DNA from: Octopus vulgaris
Lineage: Eukaryota
Direction: 5' to 3'
NCBI GenBank assembly: GCA_951406725.2
Contig: OX597838.1
Location: 12,648,001 to 12,712,000, forward strand
Length of the DNA stretch: 64,000 nt
Shown here: in pieces, positions 11,918-23,220 of the stretch
Numbering within the stretch: the stretch's first letter is position 1
Layout of the letters: every line of letters starts with the position of its first letter
Program-made: the position numbers and the translations under genes
Notes under the pieces: model-generated
What the model was told of the DNA's origin: nothing
Database searches by the model: none
The model's input: only the letters and a program-made list of their open reading frames with translations

Positions 11918-12028
11918 ATGAGCCAAACTAGACTTTGTAGAGACAGTAGTTGGGGGAATGATAGAAATGGTTCGAAGCTTATGAATGCTAAAGGACAAAT
12001 TAGTTTATCACAAGGATTAATACACAAG
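11918..12028 (+). CDS. Putative first coding exon (exon 11813-12028) of an unknown protein: MSQTRLCRDSSWGNDRNGSKLMNAKGQISLSQGLIHK
   Basis: Strong acceptor (long poly-T then TTTCAG at 11812), acaATG context, donor AAG|GTAACA and a phase-0 end compatible with the phase-0 exon at 40946; unique sequence. Not homology-confirmed. Confidence 0.45.
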
Positions 12029-12109
12029 GTAACATAACCTAACATACATATTTCTGTGTGCACCTTTTATTCACATTAACTGTTGTGCACATTTCAATTA
12101 TTGTCTTAA

Positions 12110-12327
12110 CCCTTTAGTGTTCAGATTACTCTGTTAAATGTGATACTTTTCCACTCAAATTGTTTTGAATTAATCAAGCATTATCTCATAGCTTTGAGGT
12201 TTCAATGATGTGATTGTTTATTTTTAGAATGGCATTGTTGGTGAGGTGTGAAAGGCTAGATATTGCCAGTTCGAATATAAAACATAGAATATTTGGGCCG
12301 GATATGGCCGGTTTAAACACTAAAGGG
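12110..12327. mobile_element. piggyBac-type MITE family E, complete
   Basis: TTAA-CCCTTTAGTGTT...AACACTAAAGGG-TTAA; other copies near 853, 5464, 8276, 15509, 26654, 34379, 41610, 45180 and 54376. Confidence 0.9.
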
Positions 12328-12678
12328 TTAAAACATTTTGATATTTCTCATTGAAATTTATACTATATATATATACATGTAGTGCATTAAAGTACATGTA
12401 ATATATATATATATATATATATAAAGTACATAAATGTACTCACATATTCTGTTTTATCCCTTCTTCTCCTAAATACTAATATGGATTTTTTCTTTTGACT
12501 TTCATACCTCTTTTTTTTATATATAATTTGTGTTTTTCTTTGTATCCTTTTACAAGTTTTTTTTTTTTACTTTTAGATAAATCATTTGCAAAGATAGAAA
12601 TTGTATTTTATTTTTTTGCTTTGGTTTATTTTGTGTATGTATGTTTGTATGTATTTTTTTTCTTCTTTTTCTTTGTAG

Positions 12679-12982
12679 TCTGATGACTTAAAAGATTTTC
12701 CAATGAAAAAAAATAGGCCTTACTAAATTAGCGTTTTTTTTTGTTTTTTTTTCCTTTTTTGTCTTCTTAATAACATCAAGCAAGATGTAATTACTAATTT
12801 CGGTGCCATGTCTGACAACTTCAGTAAATTCTTGTGACTGCTCCATTGATCGTGTTCCTTCAGTGATAAAAACCAATATGATCGGAGATTCTCTCAGAAA
12901 TTTATTTATTTCCTTTCTGTAAGATTTGATAGAAATTTGCTAAAGAAGGAACGCAGAGAGATAAAGGAACAGGTGTCTAATG
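12679..12982 (+). other. Possible alternative 5'UTR exon ending in ATG
   Basis: Polypyrimidine tract then TGTAG acceptor at 12678; ATG|GTAACT donor at 12982/12983 would give M-NGKPS... if joined to 40946. Speculative. Confidence 0.25.
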
Positions 12983-13197
12983 GTAACTATTTTGGTAATG
13001 GATATTTCGGACAACAGGCATGGCTGTGTGGTTAAGAAGTTCTTTTTGCAGCCACTTGTATTTTGAACTCCTTCCTACTGCAAGACACATTGGTATGACC
13101 AGTGCCAAGAGAATGAAATTTGGTACCTAATCCTATTTGTGTGTGTATGTGCGCACGTGCACATATGTTTTGCTTCCCCCACACCTTTGTATTAATA

Positions 13198-13618
13198 CCT
13201 ATTTCTTTACTACCCACAAGGGGCTAAACATAGAGGGGACAAACAAGGACAGACAAAGGGATTAAGTCGATTACATCGACCCCAGTGCGTAACTGGTACT
13301 TAATTTATCGACCCCGAAAGGATGAAAGGCAAAGTCGACCTCGGCGGAATTTGAACTCACAACGTAACGCAGACGAAATACCGCTAAGCATTTCGCCCGG
13401 TGTGCTAACGATTCTGCCAGCTCGCCACCTTAATTTTTTGTATTAATACCTATTCCTTTACTACCCACAAGGGGCTAAAGACAGAGGGGACAAACAAGGA
13501 CAGACAAAGGGATTAAGTCGATAACATCGACCCCAGTGCGTAACTGGTACTTAATTTATTGATCCTGAAAGGATGAAAGGCAAGGTTGACCTCGCCGGAA
13601 TTTGAATTCAGGATGTAA
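13198..13618 (-). mobile_element. SINE family B inserted at the tail of another B copy
   Basis: Two B units; duplicated flank TTTGTATTAATACCTATT at about 13186 and 13437. Confidence 0.88.
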
Positions 13619-13642
13619 CCATTTGGGCCAGTACTTTATGGT

Positions 13643-13780
13643 GGAGGCACATGACTTAGTGGTTAGGGTGTTAGACTGGTGATTGTAAGATTGTGGTTTC
13701 AATTCTTGGACTGGGCAATGCATTGTGTTCTGGAGCAAAATACTTCGTTTCACATTGCTCCAGTCCCCTCAGCTGGCAAG
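13643..13780 (+). mobile_element. SINE family H head, diverged (second copy at about 20874-21020)
   Basis: tRNA-like GGCACATG(A/G)C(T/C)TAGTGGTTA head followed by a TGTGTCCTTGAGCAAAACACT...GCTCCAGTCCACTCAGCTG-type domain. Confidence 0.65.
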
Positions 13781-14464
13781 AACGACAGACTAGGGAGAAG
13801 TACATATGACTTGGAGCTTTGTGCTCAAACCCCCACCCTGCCAGTGCTTTGTGAGTGAAATTTGGTTGGCAGAAAGCAACTGAAACGTATTGTGTATGTG
13901 TGTGTGTTTCCAGGCTTTGCATTGATAACATTTGGACAATGGTGTTGTTTGTGGCCTTACATAACCAATGTTTTCTGTAGTTGAGCTTTTTGACATTAAA
14001 AACTAGTGGATTGCTACCTTGGAAACATGTAAGGAAAGGAAGGGCATTCAGTTAGTTGTAACCTTACTCTTGCCAAGGAAAATCTTGTTCATTCCATACA
14101 AGCATTGGATGAAATGACACTTTATAAGTAAAACAGACATGATTGTGGGGTAAGAAGTTTGCTTCCCAACCAGGTTCAGTCCTACTGGGGAGCACCTTGG
14201 GCAAGTATCTTCAACTATAGCCCTGGGCTGACCAAAGCTTTGTGGATTTGGTAGAACTATATATGCTTGTGTGTGTGTCTTTTTACCTGTTTCAGTCATT
14301 AGAACCTTAAAGAACCTGCTGGGGAACCTTAAAGAATTTTGGTTGAATGAATCAACTCCAGTACTTATTGTTATTCTAACCCTGGTACTTATTATGTCAG
14401 TCTCTTTTGCTGAATCTCTTAAGTTATGGGGACATAAACACACCAACAGTGTGTTAGTGTTTGT

Positions 14465-14720
14465 GACTGACTGACCGACTTGACAGCATTTACCCGGGGT
14501 GGGTTGAGCTGGCTTCATTCCTCCTCAATGCTGCATCTCTCACAAACACCGACCAGGCCTTGCGATTTGAGGCTAACAACCGCATGATCTCCAACCACTC
14601 CTTATTCCAGCGGCGAACACTGTAGATATGGGGGCCTATGTTGGGGTTCCAGATCAGCCTTGACTGTCATCAGCCAGGTTTTTCGTTGTCCACCACATCA
14701 CTTTCGCCAACCCTGAAGGG
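14465..14720 (-). mobile_element. RTE-clade (SR2-like) LINE 3' end with 12-bp TSD, inside an old A-type SINE
   Basis: Peptide GWRK*CGGQRKTWLMTVKADLE..GP..RRWNKEWL..LASNRKAW..VRD; (CAGT)-type tail; TSD GTTAGTGTTTGT at 14453 and 14721. Confidence 0.8.
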
Positions 14721-15016
14721 GTTAGTGTTTGTCCCCCTACTACTGCGTGACAATGGACTTCTTTCAGTTCCTATCAGCCAAATACACTCACAAGGCTTTG
14801 ATCAATGTGAGGCTATAGTAGGGGAGAGGACTTGTTGATTACATTGATCTTAGTGTTTTAACTGGTACTTCAATCATGATGGGATGAAAAGCAAAGTCAA
14901 CCTCAGCAGAATTTGAACTCAGAATATTAAAGATAAATGAAATGCTGCTAAACATTTTGTCCATTATGCTAATGAGTCTGCCAGCTCATCACAATAATAA
15001 TAATAATAATAATAAT

Positions 15017-15198
15017 GGCACGTAAAAAGCACCCACTACACTCACGGAGTGGTTGGCGTTAGGAAGGGCATCAAGCCGTAGAAACATTGCCAGATCAGAC
15101 TGGGCCTGGTGCAGCCTCTTGGCTTCCCAGACCCCAGTTGAACCGTCCAACCCATGCCAGCATGGAAAGCGGACGCTAAACGATGATGATGATGATGA
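15017..15198 (+). mobile_element. Retroposon family D
   Basis: D consensus with (GAT)n tail, inserted after (AAT)n. Confidence 0.85.
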
Positions 15199-15516
15199 AT
15201 GAAAGCAAATATCGATTTATCCAAATTGTAATTGTACATTTAGCATCATAAGATACAACGTAAATGTTAATTTATTTCAGTGGTTTCCACATTTATTAGC
15301 TAAATAGCATAGATAATTAAAATGTTGGCAGTTGAACATTATTTCCCTCATTGGCTAAATTCAACCAATTTGTCCGTAATGTTTATCTTAAAGAGATGTT
15401 GATAATTGAGAATAAATTTGATTGTCAGCCAGAAAGGTACAAAAGTTCCATGCATAGCTTTGATGCTGTAGTAATCGTGGGATTTTTTTCTGTTGTTGTT
15501 TTTCTTAACCCTTTAA

Positions 15517-15736
15517 CCCTTTCGTTACTGTATTTATTTTGAGATGCTCTGTGTTTCTTCCAATTATTTTAAATATAACAAAGAATTTAATGAAATAACT
15601 TAGTTATCATTCAGCTAGTGTTAGGAACATAAATTGTGACTAAGGTTTGGTGGAATATTTTAATTCAAAACTTATGAAAACAAGACATTTGTACTCAGAG
15701 CCAGAGGCAGTTTTGGCTGGGTTGGTAACGAAAGGG
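15517..15736. mobile_element. piggyBac-type MITE family F nested in MITE E (15509-16339)
   Basis: TTAA-CCCTTTCGTTAC...GTAACGAAAGGG-TTAA. Confidence 0.9.
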
Positions 15737-15862
15737 TTAACACTCAGATTACCCTGTCAAATGAGTTGCTTATTTATTCTTATTGTTCTGAATTAATCAT
15801 GCATTATCTTGTACCTTTTGAAATTTCAATGATGTGCGTGTTTACTTTTAGAATGATATTGT

Positions 15863-16235
15863 GGATGGAAGCACTCCGTCGGTTACGACGATGAGGGTTC
15901 CGGTTGATCCGAATCAACGGAACAACCTGCTCGTGAAATTAATGTGTAAGTGGCTGAGCACTCCACAGACACGTGTACCCTTAACGTAGTTCTCGAGGAT
16001 ATTCAGCGTGACACAGAGAGTGACAAGGCCGGCCCTTTGAAATACAGGTACAACAGAAACAGGAAGAAAGAGTGAGAGAAAGTTGTGGTGAAAGAGTACA
16101 GCAGGGATCACCACCATCCCTGCTGGAGCCTCGTGGAGATTTAGGTGTTTTTGCTCAATAAACACTCACAACGCCCGGTCTGGGAATCGAAACCGCGAGT
16201 CCGCTGCCCTAACCACTGGGCCATTGCGCCTCCAC
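15863..16235 (-). mobile_element. SINE family C with 11-bp TSD
   Basis: Head TGGCCCAGTGGTTAGGGC..GGTTTCGATTCC; TSD AATGATATTGT; near-identical copy at 50300-50686. Confidence 0.9.
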
Positions 16236-16407
16236 AATGATATTGTAGGGTAGGAGTGAAAGGCTGGAACTGGTAGGTTTGAACGTAAAAACAGATAGAA
16301 TACTTGGGCAGGGTATGACCAGTTTAAATGCTATAGGGGTAATAATGTAGTCATCTTTAGCTCCCTTTCCAGCTCTAGCCCCATCACTCCTGCTTGTGAG
16401 TAGCCTT

Positions 16408-16829
16408 ATACTCTTTTACTCTAAAACTTGTTTCAGTCATTTGACTGCGGCCATGCTGGAGCACCGCCTTTAATCGAGCAACTCGACCCTGGGACTTATT
16501 CTTTGTAAGCCCAGTACTTATTCTATCGGTCTCTTTTGCCGAACCGCTAAGTAACGGGGACATAAACACACCAGCATCGGTTGTCAAGCAATGCTAGGGG
16601 GACAAACACAAACATACACGCACACACACACACACACACATATACATATATATACATATATACGACGGGCTTCTTTCAGTTTCCGTCTACCAAATCCACT
16701 CACAAGGCTTTGGTCGGCCCGAGGCTATAGTAGAAGACACTTGCCCAAGGCGCCACGCAGTGGGACTGAACCCGGTACCATGTGGTTGGTAAACAAGCTA
16801 CTTACCACACAGCCACTCCTGCGCCTATA
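16408..16829 (-). mobile_element. SINE family A, full length
   Basis: A consensus, TTTACC/CTACTA/CAAAGCC variant. Confidence 0.92.
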
Positions 16830-17089
16830 TGATCTTTTCAACAGTAACAAATCTGTTCCCGTTCCTTTTTTTATACTTCAACCCCTCAACAAAGAATGTA
16901 ACTTTATTTTAATCTATTATGATTATTCTGTTAATTTAGCTCAAGGTGCAACAGAGTGGGAGTGAACCTGGCTCCATGTGGTTAGGAAGTGAACTTCTTA
17001 CCGCACAGCCACGTCTGCATCTATATTAGAAACGATTATTATTATTGTTATTATAAAAAGCCTTTTAAAAAACATTTTCTTGCACATAA

Positions 17090-17383
17090 GCACCATCCGT
17101 TCGTGTCCGTTGCCAGCCTCGCCTGGCCCCCGTGCCGGTGACACGTAAAAGCACCATCCGTTCGTGGCCGTTTGCCAGCTCTGTCTGGCACCTATGCGGG
17201 TGGCACGTAAAAAGCACCCACTACACTCACGGAGTGGTTGGCGTTAGGAAGGGCATCCAGCCGTAGAAACACTGCCAGATCTGACTGGGCCTGGTGCAGC
17301 CTTCCAGCTTCACAGACCCCAGTTGAACCGTCCAACCCATGCTAGCATGGAGAACGGATGATGATGATGATGATGATGATGAT
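17090..17383 (+). mobile_element. Retroposon family D with internal repeats
   Basis: AAGCACC repeat units followed by the D body and (GAT)n. Confidence 0.85.
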
Positions 17384-17464
17384 AAGCATTGCTGTAATAT
17401 TCGGTTTAGTTTGTCTTAAACAACCGACCATTGTAGTTTTAGAGATGCCAAACTAACGAGTAAC

Positions 17465-17495
<31 letters not shown>

Positions 17496-17902
17496 GAGAA
17501 AAGAAAATAGATTTCTAATTTCATATTTGGCAGATTTGGCAAATTCTTTTGGGGAAAAAGATAAAAGCACCAAAAAATGAGTTTATTTGAATACAACATA
17601 TGTTTCAAAGGAAACTGTTCAGTAGTCGCACTATGTCTGCAAGTTATAATAAATATAATGAATATGCACATACTGTTGTTTAACAGTTATTTAACCTTGA
17701 TCATTCACACCTATGATGAAGGGCATTCCATCTGTGGCCATCCCGTCTTTTTGTGGGTATCTGGCTCTACATTATCTAGTGTGTCCTGTCCATTTTAAAA
17801 TGGTAAGATGTAACTTGAGGGAGATTTTGCTTGTCATTTTGAGCGAGTTGATTGATCATTTATTCATTTAGATCAGTGGTTCTCAATCAAGTCCCATATC
17901 AG

Positions 17903-17979
17903 ATTTTGTTGTTAGAATTTATCCCCAATACACAAAATATTTTGTTGTTAGAATTTATCCCCAATACACAAAATATTTT
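17903..17979. repeat. Perfect 36-bp tandem duplication
   Basis: TTTTGTTGTTAGAATTTATCCCCAATACACAAAATA present twice. Confidence 0.9.
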
Positions 17980-18420
17980 AGCAATTCCTTTTCATACCAT
18001 CCCTGGCAAGGGAAACTGATAAATTGGGTACAAGATGTGAAAGAAAACAAGTACTCAGGTTGATTTAACTGAATTGAAGATGTTGCTCCAGCGTGGCCAC
18101 AGTCCTATGGCTGGAACAAAAGAGGAAAAATACATTAGATTAAGGCATTCATTTGTTACTAATACTAAGATGGCAAATTACTTGATTCCCTGAAAAATTT
18201 CTAATAGGAAACTTCTTGCACATTTATCCAACATATACAATTTGGTGATTCCCGTTAGCAAATGAAACACATGTAATGGTGAATAAATAAATGCCAAAAA
18301 GTTTTTGCAGATTACTGTTTTGTTATATAATAAATCTAAAAACAATATTTCCACAATTGTCACCTTTAACAAGACACATCTTGGATTTTCCCCCCTACCT
18401 ACGTACATATATGTATATAT

Positions 18421-18524
18421 AAAGTGGACAGTCAATATACTAGATATAGACGTCAAAATCGCTATTTTCCGCGTGGAAAATAGCGATTTTGACGTCTATA
18501 TCTAGCATATTGACTGTCCACTTT
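18421..18524. repeat. Near-perfect palindrome: 50-bp arms, 4-nt loop
   Basis: Arms 18421-18470 and 18475-18524 are complementary with one mismatch; loop GCGT. Confidence 0.95.
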
Positions 18525-18654
18525 TAGTGGTCAGTCCTTTAAATTTTGTATGTAAAAAATATTTTAATCTTCAGATTTTTTTTTAATATGCTAGGCCTGC
18601 TGGTTTTAATTAATATCAATTTCTACCCTTATTCAATTTTAAATATGTATATAA

Positions 18655-18852
18655 AGACCCCCTTCGGTTATGAATGACCATGGGATTGCACCTAGAAAGT
18701 TACCCTCCTCCTAGACACAAGTCCGGGCAAGGTTGTTTATGGAAGACCAGCAGTTGCCCATGCATACCAGCCTCCCCTCTCCACGCCACCAGTGTTATCC
18801 AAGGGAAAGACAAAGGTCGATACAGCTTGGCACCAGTGACGTCGCAACTCAT
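18655..18852 (-). mobile_element. Retroposon 3' part, RTE-5'UTR/Ceph-domain-like
   Basis: GC-rich block between (TA)n runs; minus-strand GCGACGTCACTGGTGCCAAGCTGTATC..ACAACCTTGCCCGGACTTG resembles RTE-related bipartite SINE segments as I recall them. Confidence 0.5.
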
Positions 18853-20314
18853 ATATATATATATATCTATCATCATCATCCATGCTGGCATGAGTTGGAC
18901 CATTTGACCAGAGCTGGGAAGCTTGCACCAGGTTCCCATCTGATTTGGCTTTGTTTCTATGGCTGCATACCCTTCCTAATGCCAACCAATTCACAGCTGT
19001 AGCACTGAAGGTGGTAGGCAGTGGTGGATGTTATTGCATTGAGATATGCTTGAGAAAGAAGAGAGAGAGAGCAAGAGCGAGAGAGTGTGTGTTTGTGTGT
19101 GTGTGGATTATTCTGTTATGATTGATGTTAATCTCTACACTGCTATTTTACTCTGGTTTCAGGAAGTGACCTCTTAGTTTAGTGTGGTAAGTTTTCAAAT
19201 CCTAGCATTGCAGAATTGACGCTATCAGTTACTTACTACGCCATCATTGCTCTCTTCTGGAAATGTTGAAATTATCTGGCGCTGTGTGATAAACGAGCTT
19301 GTTTAATAACATTTTGGGAATCACTCTGATAAAAATAAAAACAAAAAATTTAAGGGAGGGGGGGGGGAGGGTGGCGGGGTATTTAATAATAGTAATAAAA
19401 TGAATAATGATTATAATTGCTTATTTGCTGGCTTGTTATTTGCATGCCTCTTTTTTTTTTTTTTTTTTTTAGTTTCCCTCTCCTTTTCTTCTCCTTTCTC
19501 TCTCGCCTTCTATAATTATCATATAATCCATAGATTTGCTAATTGATCTCTTCTGTAATGATTCATTTATCAAAGCGAACAACAGGTTTATCCTGTCAGT
19601 TTTAGTGTTAATGAGGACATGAGAAATATTTTTGTTTTTTTCTTAATATATTTATTAGCTGAGGGGTAGCCTAGCTGCTCTTTCCGAGGTGCATTCACCC
19701 AACTCAATTCGAAATGCTTCTTTTTCAATGCACATTTATATCAAATTACCTGTTTTGATAAAAAAAAAATTAAAAAAAGCACCAACAAAACCTGGCTTTT
19801 TCTCATACTGTCTGTCTCTCCCATAATAGTTAAAAATAGTTTTGTTTGTTTATTTTTTCCTTTATATTTTTTTTTATAATATTTTACTTTTTTTTTTTTT
19901 GTTTCATTTTAATTTAAATTGTCTCGTATTCATACAATATGGCCAACTCTTTGTCTCAATATTCTGATATTCCATTACAATACTTCAAAATATTTATTAA
20001 ATAATCGGGTTTTGTTGTAATTCCATACAGTGACAATAAATTAAACTGTAACAATGTCATTTATTTTCAGAATTTTTTTTTTTTTTTTTTCAAATATATT
20101 TTTTTTTATCAAGTATTTTGTGAACAATAGCAATTATATTGCTTAAAGTTTTCCAAGCCAATCACCAATGAGGGAGTGACTGTTCAACTCGGGCAGAATA
20201 AATATCACAACCTAGTTTTGCTTATGCACTGGTTGAACATAGTTTTGTCATTGGCATCTATCTCATTTGCTGACACACATGCATGCGTGCACAGACATAA
20301 TCCCTGTCCTTTCT

Positions 20315-20836
20315 CATCATCATCATCATCATCATCATCATTTAACGTCCGCTTTCCATGCTGGCATGGGTTGGACGGTTCAACTGGGGTCTGGGAAGCC
20401 CGAAGGCTGCACCAGGCCCAGTCAGATCTGGCAGTGTTTCTACAGCTGGATGCCCTTCCTAACGCCAACCACTCCGTGAGTGTAGTGGGTGTTTTTTATG
20501 TGCCACCGACACAGGTGCCAGACGAGGCTGGCGAACAGCCACGCTCGGATGGTGTTTTTTATGTGCCACCGACACAGGTGCCAGACGAGGCTGGCAGACG
20601 GCCACGCTCGGATGGTGTTTTTTATGTGCCACCGACACAAGTGCCAGACGAGGCTGGCGAACAGCCACGCTCGGATGGTGTTTTTTATGTGCCACCGACA
20701 CAGGTGCCAGACGAGGCTGGCGAACGGTCACGCTCGGATGGTGTTTTTTACGTGCCACCAGCACGGAGGCCAGGCGAGGTTGGCACGGCCACGATCGGAT
20801 GGTGTTTGTTACGTGCCACCAGCACGGAGGCCAGTC
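20315..20836 (-). mobile_element. Retroposon family D with an expanded 63-bp tandem array (20488-20760)
   Basis: Four 63-bp units GGTGTTTTTTATGTGCCACCGACACAGGTGCCAGACGAGGCTGGC..GCTCGGAT plus two shorter variants. Confidence 0.88.
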
Positions 20837-22592
20837 ATATATTTTTTAAAAAAAAGCACACACACATGCATGTGAAGGCACATGGCCTAGTGGTTAAGTG
20901 TATTGCCCTCTATTGCACTCACAATCGTGAGAGCATGGTTTTGATTCCCAGACCAGCGTTGTGTCCTTGAGCAAAACACTCCATTTCATGTTGCTCCAGT
21001 CCACTCAGCTGTCAATGGGTAACCCTGTGACAGACTAGCCCCCTGATCTGGGGAAATGTTAGCCTGCTTGCCTAGCCAGTAAGATAGCATCATTCAAAAG
21101 CTAAAGTGATGCAAAGCGCATTGTGACTAGCAATGTGTCACAATGTCCAATAGGCTGCTTTATCATATGATACATATATATATAGGTGCAGTTGTTGTGT
21201 GGTTAAAAATCTTGCTTCCCAACCATGTGGTTTCAGTTTCAGTCCCACTGCACAACACCTTGGGTGAGTATCTTGTGACTGGATTTTGTAGACCGAAACT
21301 GAAAGTGTATATGTATGTATATATGTGCATGTACTTATCTTGATACCATCTGATGGTTGTATTGCAAGTTACTTGGCAACCACACTACTGTTGATGGCAC
21401 AAAGAACACACCCAGTATACACTGTTGAGTGGTTGATGTTAGGAAGGGTATCCAGTCAGAGAAACCATGCCAGAGCTGTTGCTGGAGCTTGGTATCACCA
21501 GATCCATCCCATGCTAGCATGGAAAACAAACGTTAAATGATGTGATGATGATATGTATAGATACAGGCACGATTATGTAGTTCAAAAGCTTGCTGTGCAA
21601 CCATGTGGTTTTAGGTTCTGCACCACTACATGGCATCTTGGGCAAGTGTTTTCTACTATAGCCACAGGCTGACCAATGTCTTGTTCATGAATTTAACAGA
21701 TGGAAACTGTGTAGAAGCCTGCCATGTGTGTGAGTTTAGTCTGCCTCCTACTCTTGGCCAATTAATATGCTGTTAAAGAACCTGTGAAAAATATACTCCT
21801 CTCCCACCTTCCACAAAAACATTAGAATATATAAAAATAGGTTCGTTTGTTTCTTGAAGAAGGATCAGAACTTATTCACAAGTATTCATTTTATTGACCC
21901 CAAAAAGGATGAAAGGCAAAGTCAGAGTTTGAACTCAAAATCTAAAGAGCTGAAAAAAATACTGCATTATAAATAAGCATTTCATGTGATGTATTAATGA
22001 TTCTGCCAGCTGACAGCCTTAATAAAAATGATAATATTTTTGCTATAGGTAGAATACCTGAAATTTGTGGGGAGGAGAATAGTTGATTACTTCAACTCAT
22101 TGACCTCAAAGGGATGAAAAGCAAAGTTGACTTTGGTGGAATTTGCACTCAGGTGGACAAAATACCACTGAGCATTTTGTCTATCGTGCTAACAATTCTG
22201 CCAGCTCACTGCATCAGTAGTAATAATAATAATAAGAAGAAGAAGAGTCTTTTCTAATTCTGGCACAATGCCAGCAAGTTTAGGGGAGGAGGCAAGTTAA
22301 TTATATATCGACCCCAGTACTTGACTGCTATGTATTTTATTGGCATTGAAAAGCATAGTTGGCCTTGATGTTACTTGAACTCAGGACATAGTGAGCCCAG
22401 GAAGATGCTGCTAAACACTGTCCACTGCCATAATTATTCTGCTGGCTTGTTGTCTTAATAATGTTGTACCTTGACAAGTGTCTTCTACTATAGCCTTGAT
22501 CTGACCAAAGCCTTGTGAGTGAATTTGGTAGACAAAAACTGAAAGAAGCCTTTGTGTGTGTGTGTGTGTATGTGTGTGCTGATATATATATG

Positions 22593-22647
<55 letters not shown>

Positions 22648-22649
22648 AA

Positions 22650-22842
22650 GCCAGACGCCAAGATAGATCGTTAGCCACTACACTCTTTTTTTTCTCTCCT
22701 TGTTTTTTTCTGTGTCCCTTTCTGTAGAAGAGCGTAGGCTCGAAACATAAAAGACTTTTTCTATTCCTGAGCATTATACTAATACATCTGTTTGTTTTGT
22801 ACACCACTTGTCTTCGGCTTTTGTTTTTTTCGCAAACTCTCC
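22650..22842 (+). mobile_element. Repeat with a Penelope-type hammerhead-like motif
   Basis: CTGTAGA-A-GAGC-GTAG-GCTC-GAAAC at 22722-22746, embedded between microsatellites. Confidence 0.5.
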
Positions 22843-23183
22843 CTATATATATATATACATACACACACACACCCATACACGTTTTTTTTGCCCCAGCATG
22901 GCCACAGTCTAATGACTGGAACAAGTAAAAAAAAACAATGTGTGTATGTATTCTCTAGTGTATTTGATGTTTCAAAATACTGAATGAATAATAATTTTCT
23001 TGCATGAGCAGCTGACCCTTTGACCTTTTGTTCAATGACTCTGCTATTGATACCACTACCACTTTCTGTTTTGTTTTGTGTGTGTGTCAATGATTTTTGA
23101 AGCTGATAGAGCCAAAAGAGGATGTGATTTATTTTGTTAATAACAGTTTTTCCTTTTTTTTTTTTTTTTTGCAATTAAGCTTT

Positions 23184-23220
<37 letters not shown>

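Noticed and set aside
20488-20760. CRISPR-like regular repeats
   Set aside because: The units are wholly repeated with no unique spacers, there are no cas genes, and the context is eukaryotic.
20176-20970. Longest ORF (264 aa) with 21-aa repeats
   Set aside because: It is built from a family D retroposon with a 63-bp tandem unit, is open in several frames on both strands, and has no splice or start support.
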